From the sequence record MZ726792.1: a stretch of 64,000 bases of DNA. The stretch is one strand, 5' to 3'. Position numbers and translations under genes: made by a program. This DNA is from Escherichia phage vB_EcoM_ASO1B. A model generated the notes under the pieces. It did not search any database. It was given only the letters and a program-made list of their open reading frames with translations, and was not told the DNA's origin. Positions within the stretch are counted from its first letter, which is position 1; every line of letters starts with the position of its first letter. Positions 5,061 through 14,740 of the stretch are shown piece by piece.

Positions 5061-5136
5061 GTGGCCTTATCATAAATGGTAATGACCCATGCTGTGAACA
5101 TGGTCTATACGGGTTCAAATCCCGTAGGTCACCCCA
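5061..5136 (+). tRNA. tRNA-His (anticodon GTG)
   Basis: D-stem TCAT/ATGA, perfect anticodon stem CCATG/CATGG with loop CTGTGAA, T-loop TTCAAAT, CCA. Confidence 0.7.
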
Positions 5137-5141
5137 ATTTA

Positions 5142-5218
5142 TAGTCCAAGTAGCTTATATGGTTAAAGCGCGTGTCTGAAAAACATGAGAAGAGGGTTCA
5201 AATCCCACTGGACTACCA
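5142..5218 (+). tRNA. tRNA-Phe (anticodon GAA)
   Basis: Perfect 7-bp acceptor TAGTCCA/TGGACTA, anticodon loop CTGAAAA, T-loop TTCAAAT; 5' end and D-stem register uncertain. Confidence 0.55.
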
Positions 5219-5234
5219 ATTTCAAAGGTGCTTA

Positions 5235-5969
5235 ATGAAAGAGATGACAGAACAAGGTAAGGAGATTTTTAATCTCTTAAAAACCGGTAAAGGGTTTTCT
5301 AACCCACTTATTACTGGTGCAGCAGTTCTCGGTGGAACCGTAGCTGCCTCTACATCACTTGTAAGCTCTATTAGTTCTGTAACAGACCCTACAATGCAGG
5401 AGAAACTTGTTGCTGCTGGACTTACAACAGTCCTTCTAAACAGCTTTACAACAAGCCTTACAAGCACTACAGCAACTACTAAGACCCTGACAGACTACGG
5501 TCAAAAGTCTATTGATGAGTTTTCATCACGTATGCAGGTAGCAAAGGGATATTCCAATGTTATGAGTGCAGCAGGAGAACAAGTTGGTTGTACACCGTTC
5601 AGTGGTATTATGGGTGTTGCTACAGAATATGGTCAAAAAGCTATTGATACAATTAACAGTACACTAGAGAGTGTTAACGATGTATTAAGTGACTTACAAG
5701 ACGCTATTGATGAGGGTCTTGATACTATTTCTGATTTAGCTAATCAGGCTGTTAGTAAGATTAATGAAGGTATTTCAAAGATTACAGCTTATGCAGATGA
5801 AGTTGTGCAGATGATTGAAGAAGAAGCTGCCCTTATTGCAGAGTACCTTAAAACGAATATCAATGGGTTCTTAGCAGGTATCTTACCAGACTGGTTTGAC
5901 GATGCCTGTAAAACTGGTGTAATTGACACTATTGCAACACCAGAAATGAAGAACGCATTACAGAAATAA
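5235..5969 (+). CDS. hypothetical Ser/Thr/Ala-rich protein (245 aa)
   Basis: ORF in track; start moved to ATG 5235 (AAAGGTG ribosome-binding site) because the track start at 5172 lies inside tRNA-Phe. Confidence 0.55.
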   Translation: MKEMTEQGKEIFNLLKTGKGFSNPLITGAAVLGGTVAASTSLVSSISSVTDPTMQEKLVAAGLTTVLLNSFTTSLTSTTATTKTLTDYGQKSIDEFSSRMQVAKGYSNVMSAAGEQVGCTPFSGIMGVATEYGQKAIDTINSTLESVNDVLSDLQDAIDEGLDTISDLANQAVSKINEGISKITAYADEVVQMIEEEAALIAEYLKTNINGFLAGILPDWFDDACKTGVIDTIATPEMKNALQK

Positions 5970-5971
5970 AT

Positions 5972-6064
5972 GGAAGATTAACCCTAAAAGGTAAGGGAGC
6001 AGTTTGCTAAACTGCCAGTAGCTGAGAAATCGGTGTACCAGTTCAAGTCTGGTATCTTCCTCCA
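5972..6064 (+). tRNA. tRNA-Ser (anticodon GCT), long variable arm
   Basis: Perfect acceptor GGAAGAT/ATCTTCC, perfect anticodon stem GCAGT/ACTGC with loop TTGCTAA, 21-nt variable arm, perfect T-arm, CCA. Confidence 0.75.
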
Positions 6065-6068
6065 ATTT

Positions 6069-6144
6069 GAATCCGTGACAGAAATGGCTATGTGCCTGTC
6101 TGCAAAACAGGTTTATAAGGGTTCGAGTCCCTTCGGATTCTCCA
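6069..6144 (+). tRNA. tRNA-Cys (anticodon GCA)
   Basis: Perfect acceptor GAATCCG/CGGATTC, perfect anticodon stem CCTGT/ACAGG with loop CTGCAAA, T-loop TTCGAGT, CCA. Confidence 0.75.
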
Positions 6145-6306
6145 AGTTATTTTACTCTCTCTCAATTAAAATAATAATAATGCCCTGCTATAAGTATTCT
6201 TCCTTTCGCTACCGAAGAGTATTTTTAGACAGGGCTTTTTTACAGAGTTATACTTTATAAGAAGGCTTATACAGTATGTCTCTGACGTACATTGTGGTTT
6301 CTCCTT

Positions 6307-6330
6307 GACGGTCTCTGTGCCGTCTTTTTT
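6307..6330 (+). terminator. rho-independent terminator after tRNA cluster
   Basis: GACGG-TCTCTGTG-CCGTC followed by TTTTTT. Confidence 0.6.
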
Positions 6331-6366
6331 AAGGAGAAACATGGTTAATTATTTGGAGAAAACATA

Positions 6367-6567
6367 ATGAGTGAGACCGTTTATAAAGAACTTTATGAAG
6401 CTAACAAAAAGCTAGAATTTATGCAGAATACTATCATGGCAATTGCAGACAGATTGTCTGTAGCAACAGGTATTGATATTAAAGAAGCATCTATGGATGC
6501 ACTTCTTGATGCTGTTGATGCAAAGTTCGAAGTTAAGAAAGAAGAGACTGCTACAGACTCTGAATAA
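6367..6567 (+). CDS. hypothetical protein (66 aa) immediately upstream of the large terminase
   Basis: ORF in track with GGAG ribosome-binding site; too short to call a small terminase confidently. Confidence 0.45.
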   Translation: MSETVYKELYEANKKLEFMQNTIMAIADRLSVATGIDIKEASMDALLDAVDAKFEVKKEETATDSE

Positions 6568-6588
6568 TTCTATTTGCGGAGGTGCTTA

Positions 6589-8190
6589 ATGGACTTAAAT
6601 GCTGTTAAGCAGAAGCGAGTGGAAGATGTTAGGAAAGTCCTAGCTGGAGAGTTGGGGCTTTCTGATGAAGTAAAAGAAATTATTAAATCATTCGGTAAAG
6701 ACCCCTCTAAATTCCTTCCAACTCAAATTCTGACTTTATTAAGATACACACCAGACCAAGTTCGCCTTATCTTTAAATTGATGACTGATAAGAACTATGT
6801 AGCCCCTCAGCCGGGTTCTCAAGAGGTCTTTTTAAATACTAATGCTGACTTGGTACTCTATGGTGGTGCTGCTGGTGCTGGTAAGACTGCCGCATTGTTA
6901 ATGGACTCTTTAAGATTTATTGAAGACCCTAACTATAATGCTGTATATTTCCGTCGAAATACAACACAGTTACAAGGTGGTTTATGGCCTGCTGCAAAGA
7001 AACTATTTGGTAAGTTTGGTGGGATTCCTCACGAGCAGAAAATGACTATCACATTCCCTTCTGGGGCAACTATCAAGTTTACCTATCTAGAACTTGAAAA
7101 GCACGCTGAAGGTCATCAGGGTATTGAATACTCAGCTATTTACTTTGACGAAGGTACACACTTCTCTGCTTCACAGATTTCATACCTACAAACCCGTCTA
7201 CGTTCTGGTGCTGAAGGTGATTCATACATGAAGATTTCTATGAACCCAGACAGAGACCACTTTATTTACGATTGGGTAGAACCTTTCTTAGATGAAGAAG
7301 GTTATCCAGACCCTGAAAAGTGTGGTCGTATTCGTTGGTATGTAATGAATGATGGTGTGATGGTTTCTGATTGGGAGAGAGACAAGATTCTTGAAATGTT
7401 CCCTCTTGAGATTCCTCAAACATACACCTTCATCTCTGGTACAATTGATGATAACCCAATTCTTGACTTCTTAGAACCTAAGTACCGTGGTAAGTTGGAA
7501 AACAACACTCCTGTAAACGTTGCAAGACTTCGTTTCGGTAACTGGAAGGCTCGTGCAGAAGGTTCAAATTATTGGCAAAGACAATGGTGTGAAATTGTTG
7601 ATTCACTCCCAGAAGATGTATTTGATGTTAGAGCATGGGACTTAGCAGCAACTTTACCATCTGAGATTAACCCTAATCCAGACTGGACAGCAGGTGTTAA
7701 GATGGGTAAATCTAAAAAAGACGGTTGCTATTATATCATTGATGTAGTAAGATTTAGAGATAGACCCTCTGGAGTCGAAACACAAATTAATTTGACTGCT
7801 GAAAGTGACGGTAAGCGAACTGGTATTTTTATCCCTCAAGACCCAGGCGCTGCTGGTAAATCCTACGCAACATCCCTCATCAGGAAACTTGCCGAGAAAG
7901 GTTATCGAGCAAGAGCCAAACCAACAAATAAAGATAAAGTTACCCGCTTTGCGGGATTTTCTGCTGCTTCTGAAGCTGGACTTGTAAAAGTCTTGAGAGG
8001 TAGTTGGAATGAAGCTTACTTTCAAGAACTTGAAGGCTTTTGTGGTGACGGTAAAACTAAAGATGACCAAGTGGATGCTACCAGTGATGCTTTCAACAGT
8101 CTTAACGAAGTTAAATTATTCAAGCCACCATCAATGGGTGCTCACACAGATTTAGTGAGAGGAAACCCATATGAGGGGCTTAGACGTTGA
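6589..8190 (+). CDS. terL: terminase large subunit
   Basis: Walker A GGAAGAGKT in the N-terminal ATPase region, C-terminal nuclease-sized domain, position ahead of portal; start set at ATG 6589 after GGAGGTG. Confidence 0.85.
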   Translation: MDLNAVKQKRVEDVRKVLAGELGLSDEVKEIIKSFGKDPSKFLPTQILTLLRYTPDQVRLIFKLMTDKNYVAPQPGSQEVFLNTNADLVLYGGAAGAGKTAALLMDSLRFIEDPNYNAVYFRRNTTQLQGGLWPAAKKLFGKFGGIPHEQKMTITFPSGATIKFTYLELEKHAEGHQGIEYSAIYFDEGTHFSASQISYLQTRLRSGAEGDSYMKISMNPDRDHFIYDWVEPFLDEEGYPDPEKCGRIRWYVMNDGVMVSDWERDKILEMFPLEIPQTYTFISGTIDDNPILDFLEPKYRGKLENNTPVNVARLRFGNWKARAEGSNYWQRQWCEIVDSLPEDVFDVRAWDLAATLPSEINPNPDWTAGVKMGKSKKDGCYYIIDVVRFRDRPSGVETQINLTAESDGKRTGIFIPQDPGAAGKSYATSLIRKLAEKGYRARAKPTNKDKVTRFAGFSAASEAGLVKVLRGSWNEAYFQELEGFCGDGKTKDDQVDATSDAFNSLNEVKLFKPPSMGAHTDLVRGNPYEGLRR

Positions 8191-8206
8191 TAGCTAGGTG
8201 AGAAGA

Positions 8207-9673
8207 ATGGCAGATATTACAGAAACACAAGAAAGCTTACCACCATTTAGAATGGGTGAAGTAGGTTCTTTGGGTCTGAAGGTTAAGAATGGAAGAATCT
8301 ATGAAGAACCTCGTCAGGCACTAAGGTTCCCTGAAAGTATTAAAACTTTCCAATTAATGATGCGTGACCCTGCTGTAGCAGCATCTGTAAATATTATTAA
8401 GATGTTTGTCAGAAAAGTCAACTGGAGATTCGTACCTCCAAAGGGAAAAGAGCAAGACCCTAAAATGCTTGAAAGAGCAGACTTCTTTAATTCTTTAATG
8501 GATGACATGGAGCATGATTGGGCAGATTTTATTAATTCTGTAATGTCATTCTGCACTTATGGGTTTTGTGTTAACGAGAAAGTTTATAAGAAGCGACAGG
8601 GTAAAAAAGGAAAGTACCAGTCAAAATTTGATGATGGTCTAATTGGATGGGCTAAATTACCAATCAGAAACCAATCAACACTTGATAAGTGGTATTTTGA
8701 CGAAGACTTTAGAAAAGTTACTGGTGTTAGACAGAATCTGAGAAATGTTTCACATATTGCTGGAGCAATTAATCTTGGAGAAAGACCACTAACAAGAAAA
8801 CTTCCACGAGCTAAATTCATGCTGTTTAAGTATGATGATGAATATGGAAACCCAGAAGGTCGTTCACCATTACTTAATGCCTATGTACCGTGGAAGTATA
8901 AAGTTCAGATTGAAGAGTACGAAGCCGTTGGTGTTTCAAGAGACTTGGTAGGTATGCCAAAGATTGGTTTACCACCAGATTATCTGGATGAAAATGCAGA
9001 ACCTGAAAAGAAAGCTTTCGTACAATACTGCAAAACTGTTGTTAACGATATGATTGCTAATGATAGAGCAGGTTTAATCTGGCCTAGATATATCGACCCA
9101 GATACTAAAGAGGATATTTTCGAGTTCTCATTAGTTTCTAGACAGGGTGCTAAAGCATACGATACAGGTTCTATTATTGACAGATATTCCAAGCAGATTA
9201 TGATGGCATTTATGTCAGATGTTCTTGCTATGGGTCAGTCAAAATATGGTTCATTCTCTCTTGCAGATTCTAAGACAAGCTTACTAGCAATGTCAGTGGA
9301 TATTCTGCTGAAGCAAATTAAGAACGTAATTAACCGTGATTTAGTTGCACAGACTTATGCTCTTAATATGTGGGACGATGAAGAACATGTACAAATCACT
9401 TATGATGATATCGAAACTCCAGACCTTGAAGCAATTGGTTCTTATATCCAGAAGACTGTTGCAGTAGGTGCTTTGGAAGTTGACAAAGAGCTATCTAACA
9501 AGCTTAGAGAGCATATTGGTCTTCCTCCTGCTGATGAGTCTCAACCAGTATCTGAAAAGCTTTCTCCAAATAGTCAAAGCCGTTCAGGAGATGGTTATAA
9601 GACCGCTGGAGAAGGTACTGCAAAGACACCTTCAGCGAAAGACCCAAGCACAGCAAATAAGGCAAATAAATAA
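8207..9673 (+). CDS. portal protein
   Basis: About 490 aa gene directly after terL and before protease/capsid genes; start set at ATG 8207 after AGGTGAG. Confidence 0.7.
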   Translation: MADITETQESLPPFRMGEVGSLGLKVKNGRIYEEPRQALRFPESIKTFQLMMRDPAVAASVNIIKMFVRKVNWRFVPPKGKEQDPKMLERADFFNSLMDDMEHDWADFINSVMSFCTYGFCVNEKVYKKRQGKKGKYQSKFDDGLIGWAKLPIRNQSTLDKWYFDEDFRKVTGVRQNLRNVSHIAGAINLGERPLTRKLPRAKFMLFKYDDEYGNPEGRSPLLNAYVPWKYKVQIEEYEAVGVSRDLVGMPKIGLPPDYLDENAEPEKKAFVQYCKTVVNDMIANDRAGLIWPRYIDPDTKEDIFEFSLVSRQGAKAYDTGSIIDRYSKQIMMAFMSDVLAMGQSKYGSFSLADSKTSLLAMSVDILLKQIKNVINRDLVAQTYALNMWDDEEHVQITYDDIETPDLEAIGSYIQKTVAVGALEVDKELSNKLREHIGLPPADESQPVSEKLSPNSQSRSGDGYKTAGEGTAKTPSAKDPSTANKANK

Positions 9674-10173
9674 TGGCTGAAGTTATCTCTATTTCAAATG
9701 CTACACGAGTGCATTCGTATAGAGGTGTTCTTATTATCACTGACAAATTATCTGTAGGGGCTGGCTCAAGGGTCAGCCTTTCAGGTTATGTAAGTGATGG
9801 TGGAACCTCTGACGTTTTCACTATTTGTAGGTTACTTGATGCTCCAATGAGTGGAAAACCGTTTATTTCAGGAAATTGTAGTGAAATTGTTAAAATTCCA
9901 TTTGACAGTTCATGCCTTTTGGGTGTAAAGTTATATAACTGCGAGAATAAACGTATCAATGTTAATAGCATTGAAGTCGCTTTCATTACCCTCGACACTG
10001 CATTTCAATCTCCAATGACAGTTAATAAAGAAACAAACAGACTTGAATACATTTTTTCACAAAATGATTACAAAGTACTTGTCAAAGGCAAAGTATATGA
10101 TATGATTGTAAATGTGGTAGATGAATCTGGTAACCATTCAACAGTCCTTAAACAAAAAGTAAGGTTTAATTAA
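9673..10173 (+). CDS. hypothetical protein (166 aa)
   Basis: ORF in track, start overlaps the upstream stop; no recognisable motif. Confidence 0.5.
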   Translation: MAEVISISNATRVHSYRGVLIITDKLSVGAGSRVSLSGYVSDGGTSDVFTICRLLDAPMSGKPFISGNCSEIVKIPFDSSCLLGVKLYNCENKRINVNSIEVAFITLDTAFQSPMTVNKETNRLEYIFSQNDYKVLVKGKVYDMIVNVVDESGNHSTVLKQKVRFN

Positions 10174-10505
10174 TGGGAACATTAACTATTGATGGTAAGA
10201 ATAAAATCCTCGCCACGCTAACCCCAACGACTATTATTTTACACAATGTAGACCCAACGGCAGACCCTACAGCAAATAAGGTTACTCAGCCAGTGGCTAT
10301 TTATTTTTCTGAACCGGATAATGGCTTAATTGCCTCAGAAGATACAGTTAATATTACTGTCCCAGCTTCTGCAACGGTCTCACACTATAGCTTGTGGGAT
10401 GCTAACGATAAATGCGTGGCAACTGGTGCTCTTAGCAAACCTCAATTCTTTGCTGAAGAAGGTATCTATGTTATCTCTTCAGTCTCTGTAGATTTAAACA
10501 AATAG
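10173..10505 (+). CDS. hypothetical protein (110 aa)
   Basis: ORF in track, start overlaps the upstream stop. Confidence 0.5.
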   Translation: MGTLTIDGKNKILATLTPTTIILHNVDPTADPTANKVTQPVAIYFSEPDNGLIASEDTVNITVPASATVSHYSLWDANDKCVATGALSKPQFFAEEGIYVISSVSVDLNK

Positions 10506-10516
10506 GGTGAGTAAAA

Positions 10517-11863
10517 ATGAGTTCGAATATCTTCAGACTTGCTGATAGATTATTCAACCAACCTTTACTAGCCACTGAATCATTAGCTCACTCAGCAGCA
10601 ACTTATGTGAATAACAGATTGCTGGGTGATGTCCAAGCAGCAGTAAACTTTGATAAACCCAAAGGTGAAGCAAGAAGTCTTTTAAAAGTAAAAGATGACA
10701 TTGCTATTATTCCTATTATGGGTGGTTTAACCCATCGTATGACATTCATTGATGCAATGTGTACAGGTGGATTAAGCTCTTATGAAGGTTTGCGTAGAGG
10801 CTTTGACGAAGCTTTAGCAGATGAGTCAATCAAGACTATTGTTCTGCACATCGATTCTGGTGGTGGTGAAGCTTCAGGTTGCTTTGAATTAGCACGTCAC
10901 ATTATGGCTTCAAGAGGCCAAAAGAAAATTATTGCTTATGTAGATGAGTTCGCTTGTTCCGCTGCATACGCTCTTGCATCTTCTGCTGAAGAAATTATTG
11001 CATCACCAGATGCAGATGTTGGTTCTATTGGTGTAATTATGGTTCATCAGGAATTAACTAAGGCATTTGAAAAGAATGGCGTAACAATTAACGTCATTAA
11101 AGCTGGTGAATTTAAAGGGATGGGTTCACCATTCCAAGCACTCTCAGAAGAAAGCAAAGAAAGACTTCAAAAGAGAATTAATGATACCTACGCAACCTTT
11201 ACAGGTTTTGTAGCCGAATCTCGTAATCTCTCTGAAGAAGCTGTAAAGAATACTGAGGCGAATGTTTATTCTGCTCAGGAAGCTCTTGAACTTGGTTTAA
11301 TTAACTCAATCATGTCTCAAGATGATTTCTTAAATTACTTACAAGGTTCTGAAGAGGCTCCTGTAAGTTTAAACGTTAACAATTCAGGTGAAGAAATGAC
11401 TGAACAAGAAAAGCAAGAACTAGAAGCTTTGCGTCTTCAGGTTGCTCAAATGAAAGCTAAAGAACAGGAAGCTGCTTTGTCAGATTTGACTAATAAGATT
11501 TCTGCTTCTGCTGAAGCTTTTGGGTTTGATGCAAAAGAAGCTGCAACGACTATTTTAGGTGCTGGTCTTGATAACCCTCTGAGCGTTCTGTTTATGAATG
11601 CTATGGAAGGTGCTAACCAGAAACTTAATGAAACTATCGCGTCCCATGCTTCTGCAATGGAAGAAAAAGAATCAGAAATTACCAAGCTGAAAGAAACTGC
11701 TGGTGCTGTTCTTGAACATTCCAACGCTATGGAAGAAATGGGTAATGACGGCGAAGCTGATTTGGTTGAAGAAGAAAAAGAACCAGCTAAGAATGCTTCC
11801 GAAGACACCGCTAAACAACGCAAACTGGCTCTCCAGAATGCTCTAAAATCTCTTATCAAATAA
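10517..11863 (+). CDS. prohead protease (S49/SppA-like serine peptidase) fused to a coiled-coil scaffold-like C-terminus
   Basis: ClpP/S49-type motifs (IIAYVDEFACSAAYALASSAEEIIASPDADVGSIGVIMVHQ); Glu/Ala/Lys-rich C-terminal half; sits between portal and capsid genes. Confidence 0.8.
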   Translation: MSSNIFRLADRLFNQPLLATESLAHSAATYVNNRLLGDVQAAVNFDKPKGEARSLLKVKDDIAIIPIMGGLTHRMTFIDAMCTGGLSSYEGLRRGFDEALADESIKTIVLHIDSGGGEASGCFELARHIMASRGQKKIIAYVDEFACSAAYALASSAEEIIASPDADVGSIGVIMVHQELTKAFEKNGVTINVIKAGEFKGMGSPFQALSEESKERLQKRINDTYATFTGFVAESRNLSEEAVKNTEANVYSAQEALELGLINSIMSQDDFLNYLQGSEEAPVSLNVNNSGEEMTEQEKQELEALRLQVAQMKAKEQEAALSDLTNKISASAEAFGFDAKEAATTILGAGLDNPLSVLFMNAMEGANQKLNETIASHASAMEEKESEITKLKETAGAVLEHSNAMEEMGNDGEADLVEEEKEPAKNASEDTAKQRKLALQNALKSLIK

Positions 11864-11874
11864 GGAACACAATA

Positions 11875-12252
11875 ATGGCATATCAAGGTTTTACTAAGTT
11901 AGGTAACAGAGAACCTCTGAATGATATCATTCTTTGGGAACAGATTACCCCAACAGGCCACTCTCGTAAAGAGTACACCCCACAGGCATCTACAGAGTAT
12001 CGTGTAGGTGAAGTTCTGAAAGCAGATGGTACTAAGGTACAAGCTGGAGAAGAAGCCCAAGCAGACTCTGTATGTATCGTTAATTTCTACGCAGACCTGC
12101 AACTGTCTTACCACGGTCAGTTGAAAGTGGTTGGTATTTACCGCGACGCAGAACTGAAAGACATGCTTACTCTTGAGTCAGATGTTAATGCTGATGAAGT
12201 CAAGAAAGCACTGGCTGCTAAAGGTATTGATTTCGTACCAACTGGCCTGTAA
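11875..12252 (+). CDS. putative head decoration protein (gpD-like position)
   Basis: 125-aa ORF between protease/scaffold and major capsid gene, as in lambda-like head modules. Confidence 0.4.
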   Translation: MAYQGFTKLGNREPLNDIILWEQITPTGHSRKEYTPQASTEYRVGEVLKADGTKVQAGEEAQADSVCIVNFYADLQLSYHGQLKVVGIYRDAELKDMLTLESDVNADEVKKALAAKGIDFVPTGL

Positions 12253-12285
12253 TAACAATAATAAGACATTCTGGAGAATTTTACA

Positions 12286-13389
12286 ATGTTGACTAATTCT
12301 GAAAAAAGCAGATTTTTCCTTGCTGACCTGACTGGTGAAGTCCAGTCTATCCCAAATACTTATGGGTATATTTCCAACTTAGGTCTGTTCCGTTCAGCAC
12401 CAATCACCCAAACTACTTTCCTTATGGACTTGACTGATTGGGATGTTAGCTTGCTTGATGCGGTAGACCGTGATAGCCGTAAAGCAGAGACTAGCGCACC
12501 TGAGCGTGTTCGTCAAATCAGCTTCCCAATGATGTACTTCAAAGAAGTTGAAAGCATCACTCCTGATGAAATTCAGGGTGTACGTCAGCCAGGCACTGCA
12601 AACGAACTGACTACTGAAGCTGTAGTACGTGCTAAGAAGCTGATGAAGATTCGTACCAAGTTCGATATTACTCGTGAGTTCCTGTTTATGCAAGCTCTGA
12701 AGGGTAAAGTTGTTGATGCTCGTGGTACGCTGTATGCTGACCTGTACAAGCAGTTCGACGTTGAGAAGAAGACTGTTCACTTCGACCTTGACAACCCTAA
12801 TGCTGACATCGACGCTTCTATTGAAGAACTGCGTATGCACATGGAAGACGAAGCTAAGACTGGCACTGTAATCAACGGTGAAGAAATTCACGTAGTTGTT
12901 GACCGTGTATTCTTCAGCAAACTGGTTAAGCATCCTAAGATTCGTGACGCTTATCTTGCACAGCAGACTCCGCTGGCTTGGCAACAGATTACTGGTTCTC
13001 TGAGAACTGGTGGTACTGACGGCGTTCAGGCTCACATGAACACCTTCTACTACGGTGGTGTTAAGTTTGTCCAGTACAACGGTAAGTTCAAAGACAAGCG
13101 TGGTAAGGTTCATACTCTGGTGAGCATTGATGGTGCTGGTGCAGAGGTTGGTGTAGGACACGCTTTCCCTAACGTTTCTATGCTTGGTGAAGCAAACAAC
13201 ATCTTCGAAGTGGCTTATGGTCCATGTCCTAAGATGGGTTACGCAAATACACTTGGTCAGGAACTGTACGTATTCGAATATGAAAAAGACCGTGACGAAG
13301 GTATTGACTTCGAAGCTCACTCTTACATGCTGCCATACTGTACTCGTCCTCAGTTGCTGGTAGATGTTCGTGCTGACGCTAAAGACTAA
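12286..13389 (+). CDS. major capsid protein (lambda gpE-like family)
   Basis: 367 aa, position after protease and decoration genes, gpE-like sequence features. Confidence 0.75.
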   Translation: MLTNSEKSRFFLADLTGEVQSIPNTYGYISNLGLFRSAPITQTTFLMDLTDWDVSLLDAVDRDSRKAETSAPERVRQISFPMMYFKEVESITPDEIQGVRQPGTANELTTEAVVRAKKLMKIRTKFDITREFLFMQALKGKVVDARGTLYADLYKQFDVEKKTVHFDLDNPNADIDASIEELRMHMEDEAKTGTVINGEEIHVVVDRVFFSKLVKHPKIRDAYLAQQTPLAWQQITGSLRTGGTDGVQAHMNTFYYGGVKFVQYNGKFKDKRGKVHTLVSIDGAGAEVGVGHAFPNVSMLGEANNIFEVAYGPCPKMGYANTLGQELYVFEYEKDRDEGIDFEAHSYMLPYCTRPQLLVDVRADAKD

Positions 13390-13410
13390 TATTCTTAAGG
13401 AGGGTTATGA

Positions 13411-13860
13411 ATGTGTTATACAGGCGACCCAGCCAATAACCCTCTTGATAGAGTAAGAATCCTCTGCACAGACACCAATAATGATGAAATTCTTATTGAA
13501 CAGTCTGTGCTAGAGTGGTTCTATCTAGAATCTGGAAAGGATGAAAAGAAAGCAGCCATCAAAGCTCTTAAATATTTACTCTTTCAAGTAGCCAAGATGG
13601 GAGATGAGAAGGTTGGTGGTGTTTATTTACGTAACTCTTCCAGATTCAAATCTCTGAAAGCTGTTTATGACGACCTTGTTAAAAGCTCTGTTTCAGGACT
13701 ACCCTATGCAGGTGGTATTAATCAGTGTGACATTGATATGCGTCGTCAGAATCCTTGCTCTGTCAAGAAATACACAGAATATGGTGATGCTGCCAGATAC
13801 GAAGGCAGAGATTACTGCAACCGTGTTAATGGCGTATTTATTATCGAGCGAGATGAATAA
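13411..13860 (+). CDS. hypothetical protein (149 aa), likely head completion or head-tail connector
   Basis: ORF in track; position between capsid and tail genes. Confidence 0.45.
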   Translation: MCYTGDPANNPLDRVRILCTDTNNDEILIEQSVLEWFYLESGKDEKKAAIKALKYLLFQVAKMGDEKVGGVYLRNSSRFKSLKAVYDDLVKSSVSGLPYAGGINQCDIDMRRQNPCSVKKYTEYGDAARYEGRDYCNRVNGVFIIERDE

Positions 13861-14342
13861 TGGTTAAAAGGGTTATTCACCCCGCTAGAGCAAAATTAGT
13901 CGGGGCTATGAAGAACTTGCAAACGGCTAATGCTCAAGTTGGGTATTTTCAAGAACAAGGTCAACATAGCTCTGGTTTTTCTTATCCTGCTTTAATGTAT
14001 TTACAAGAAGTTATTGGGGTTCCTTCAGCTTCTGGTAAAGTATATCGTAGGTTGTTTGAAATCACTATGATGCTAAACAAACAGACCTTGTTAGAGCAGA
14101 CTAAGAAGAATCTATATAAGCAACTTAGCAGTCTCAACACAGACCCTTCAAATACCTTAGAAGCATTTGCAAAGAATGCTCAAAAGGCAATTAAAAGGGG
14201 TTTTGGTAATTCTGCTATCCTCCCTCCTAACGCACCTTCCACAGTCAAGAAAAAAGGCTTTAATGCACCTCTTGTTGAGACAGGTGACTTAAGAGATAAC
14301 CTTGCTTATAAAATTTCTACTAAGAAGGGTATTAAGAAATGA
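13860..14342 (+). CDS. hypothetical protein (160 aa), likely head-tail joining
   Basis: ORF in track; overlapping start and stop with neighbours. Confidence 0.45.
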   Translation: MVKRVIHPARAKLVGAMKNLQTANAQVGYFQEQGQHSSGFSYPALMYLQEVIGVPSASGKVYRRLFEITMMLNKQTLLEQTKKNLYKQLSSLNTDPSNTLEAFAKNAQKAIKRGFGNSAILPPNAPSTVKKKGFNAPLVETGDLRDNLAYKISTKKGIKK

Positions 14343-14740
14343 GACTCTTAAACAGACACAGCTTTGTAGTAAAGCGTAAAGTCTCTGAAGACGGTTATTA
14401 TAATGATGATGGTGATTGGGTAGCTTCACAAGATGTTGTAGAGGTTAACTGTAAAGGTAATATCCAGCCATATATCAAAGGTTCTGTAAAGAATGGTACA
14501 CAGATTGCTTTACCGGAAGGTATTAGGCTTACCGATACAAGAATCCTGTATACCACATATAAACTTAGAACTTCAGATGATGTAGAGTGGAATGAGTCTG
14601 ACATTGTTATGATTGATGGTCATGAGTATGAAGTATTTATGACTATGGATTGGTCACAGCAATTAGCCCATACGTCCCATTATGAATATATCATTATTAG
14701 AAGGGATAAAATGAATGCAGTTAGAAACAGCAGAACTTGA
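14339..14740 (+). CDS. hypothetical protein (133 aa), likely head-tail joining
   Basis: ORF in track; translationally coupled to neighbours. Confidence 0.45.
   Translation: MRLLNRHSFVVKRKVSEDGYYNDDGDWVASQDVVEVNCKGNIQPYIKGSVKNGTQIALPEGIRLTDTRILYTTYKLRTSDDVEWNESDIVMIDGHEYEVFMTMDWSQQLAHTSHYEYIIIRRDKMNAVRNSRT

Noticed and set aside
5172-5234. Track start codon at 5172 for the 5172-5969 ORF
   Set aside because: Would begin inside tRNA-Phe; ATG at 5235 has an AAAGGTG ribosome-binding site, so the gene was trimmed.
6341-6366. 8-codon micro-ORF (MVNYLEKT) with AGGAG ribosome-binding site upstream of 6367
   Set aside because: Too short to call as a gene; could be a leader peptide but there is no supporting evidence from sequence alone.
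12394-13320. 308-aa ORF on the - strand
   Set aside because: Lies entirely antisense within the major capsid gene; low-complexity translation with no ribosome-binding site context; typical antisense artefact.
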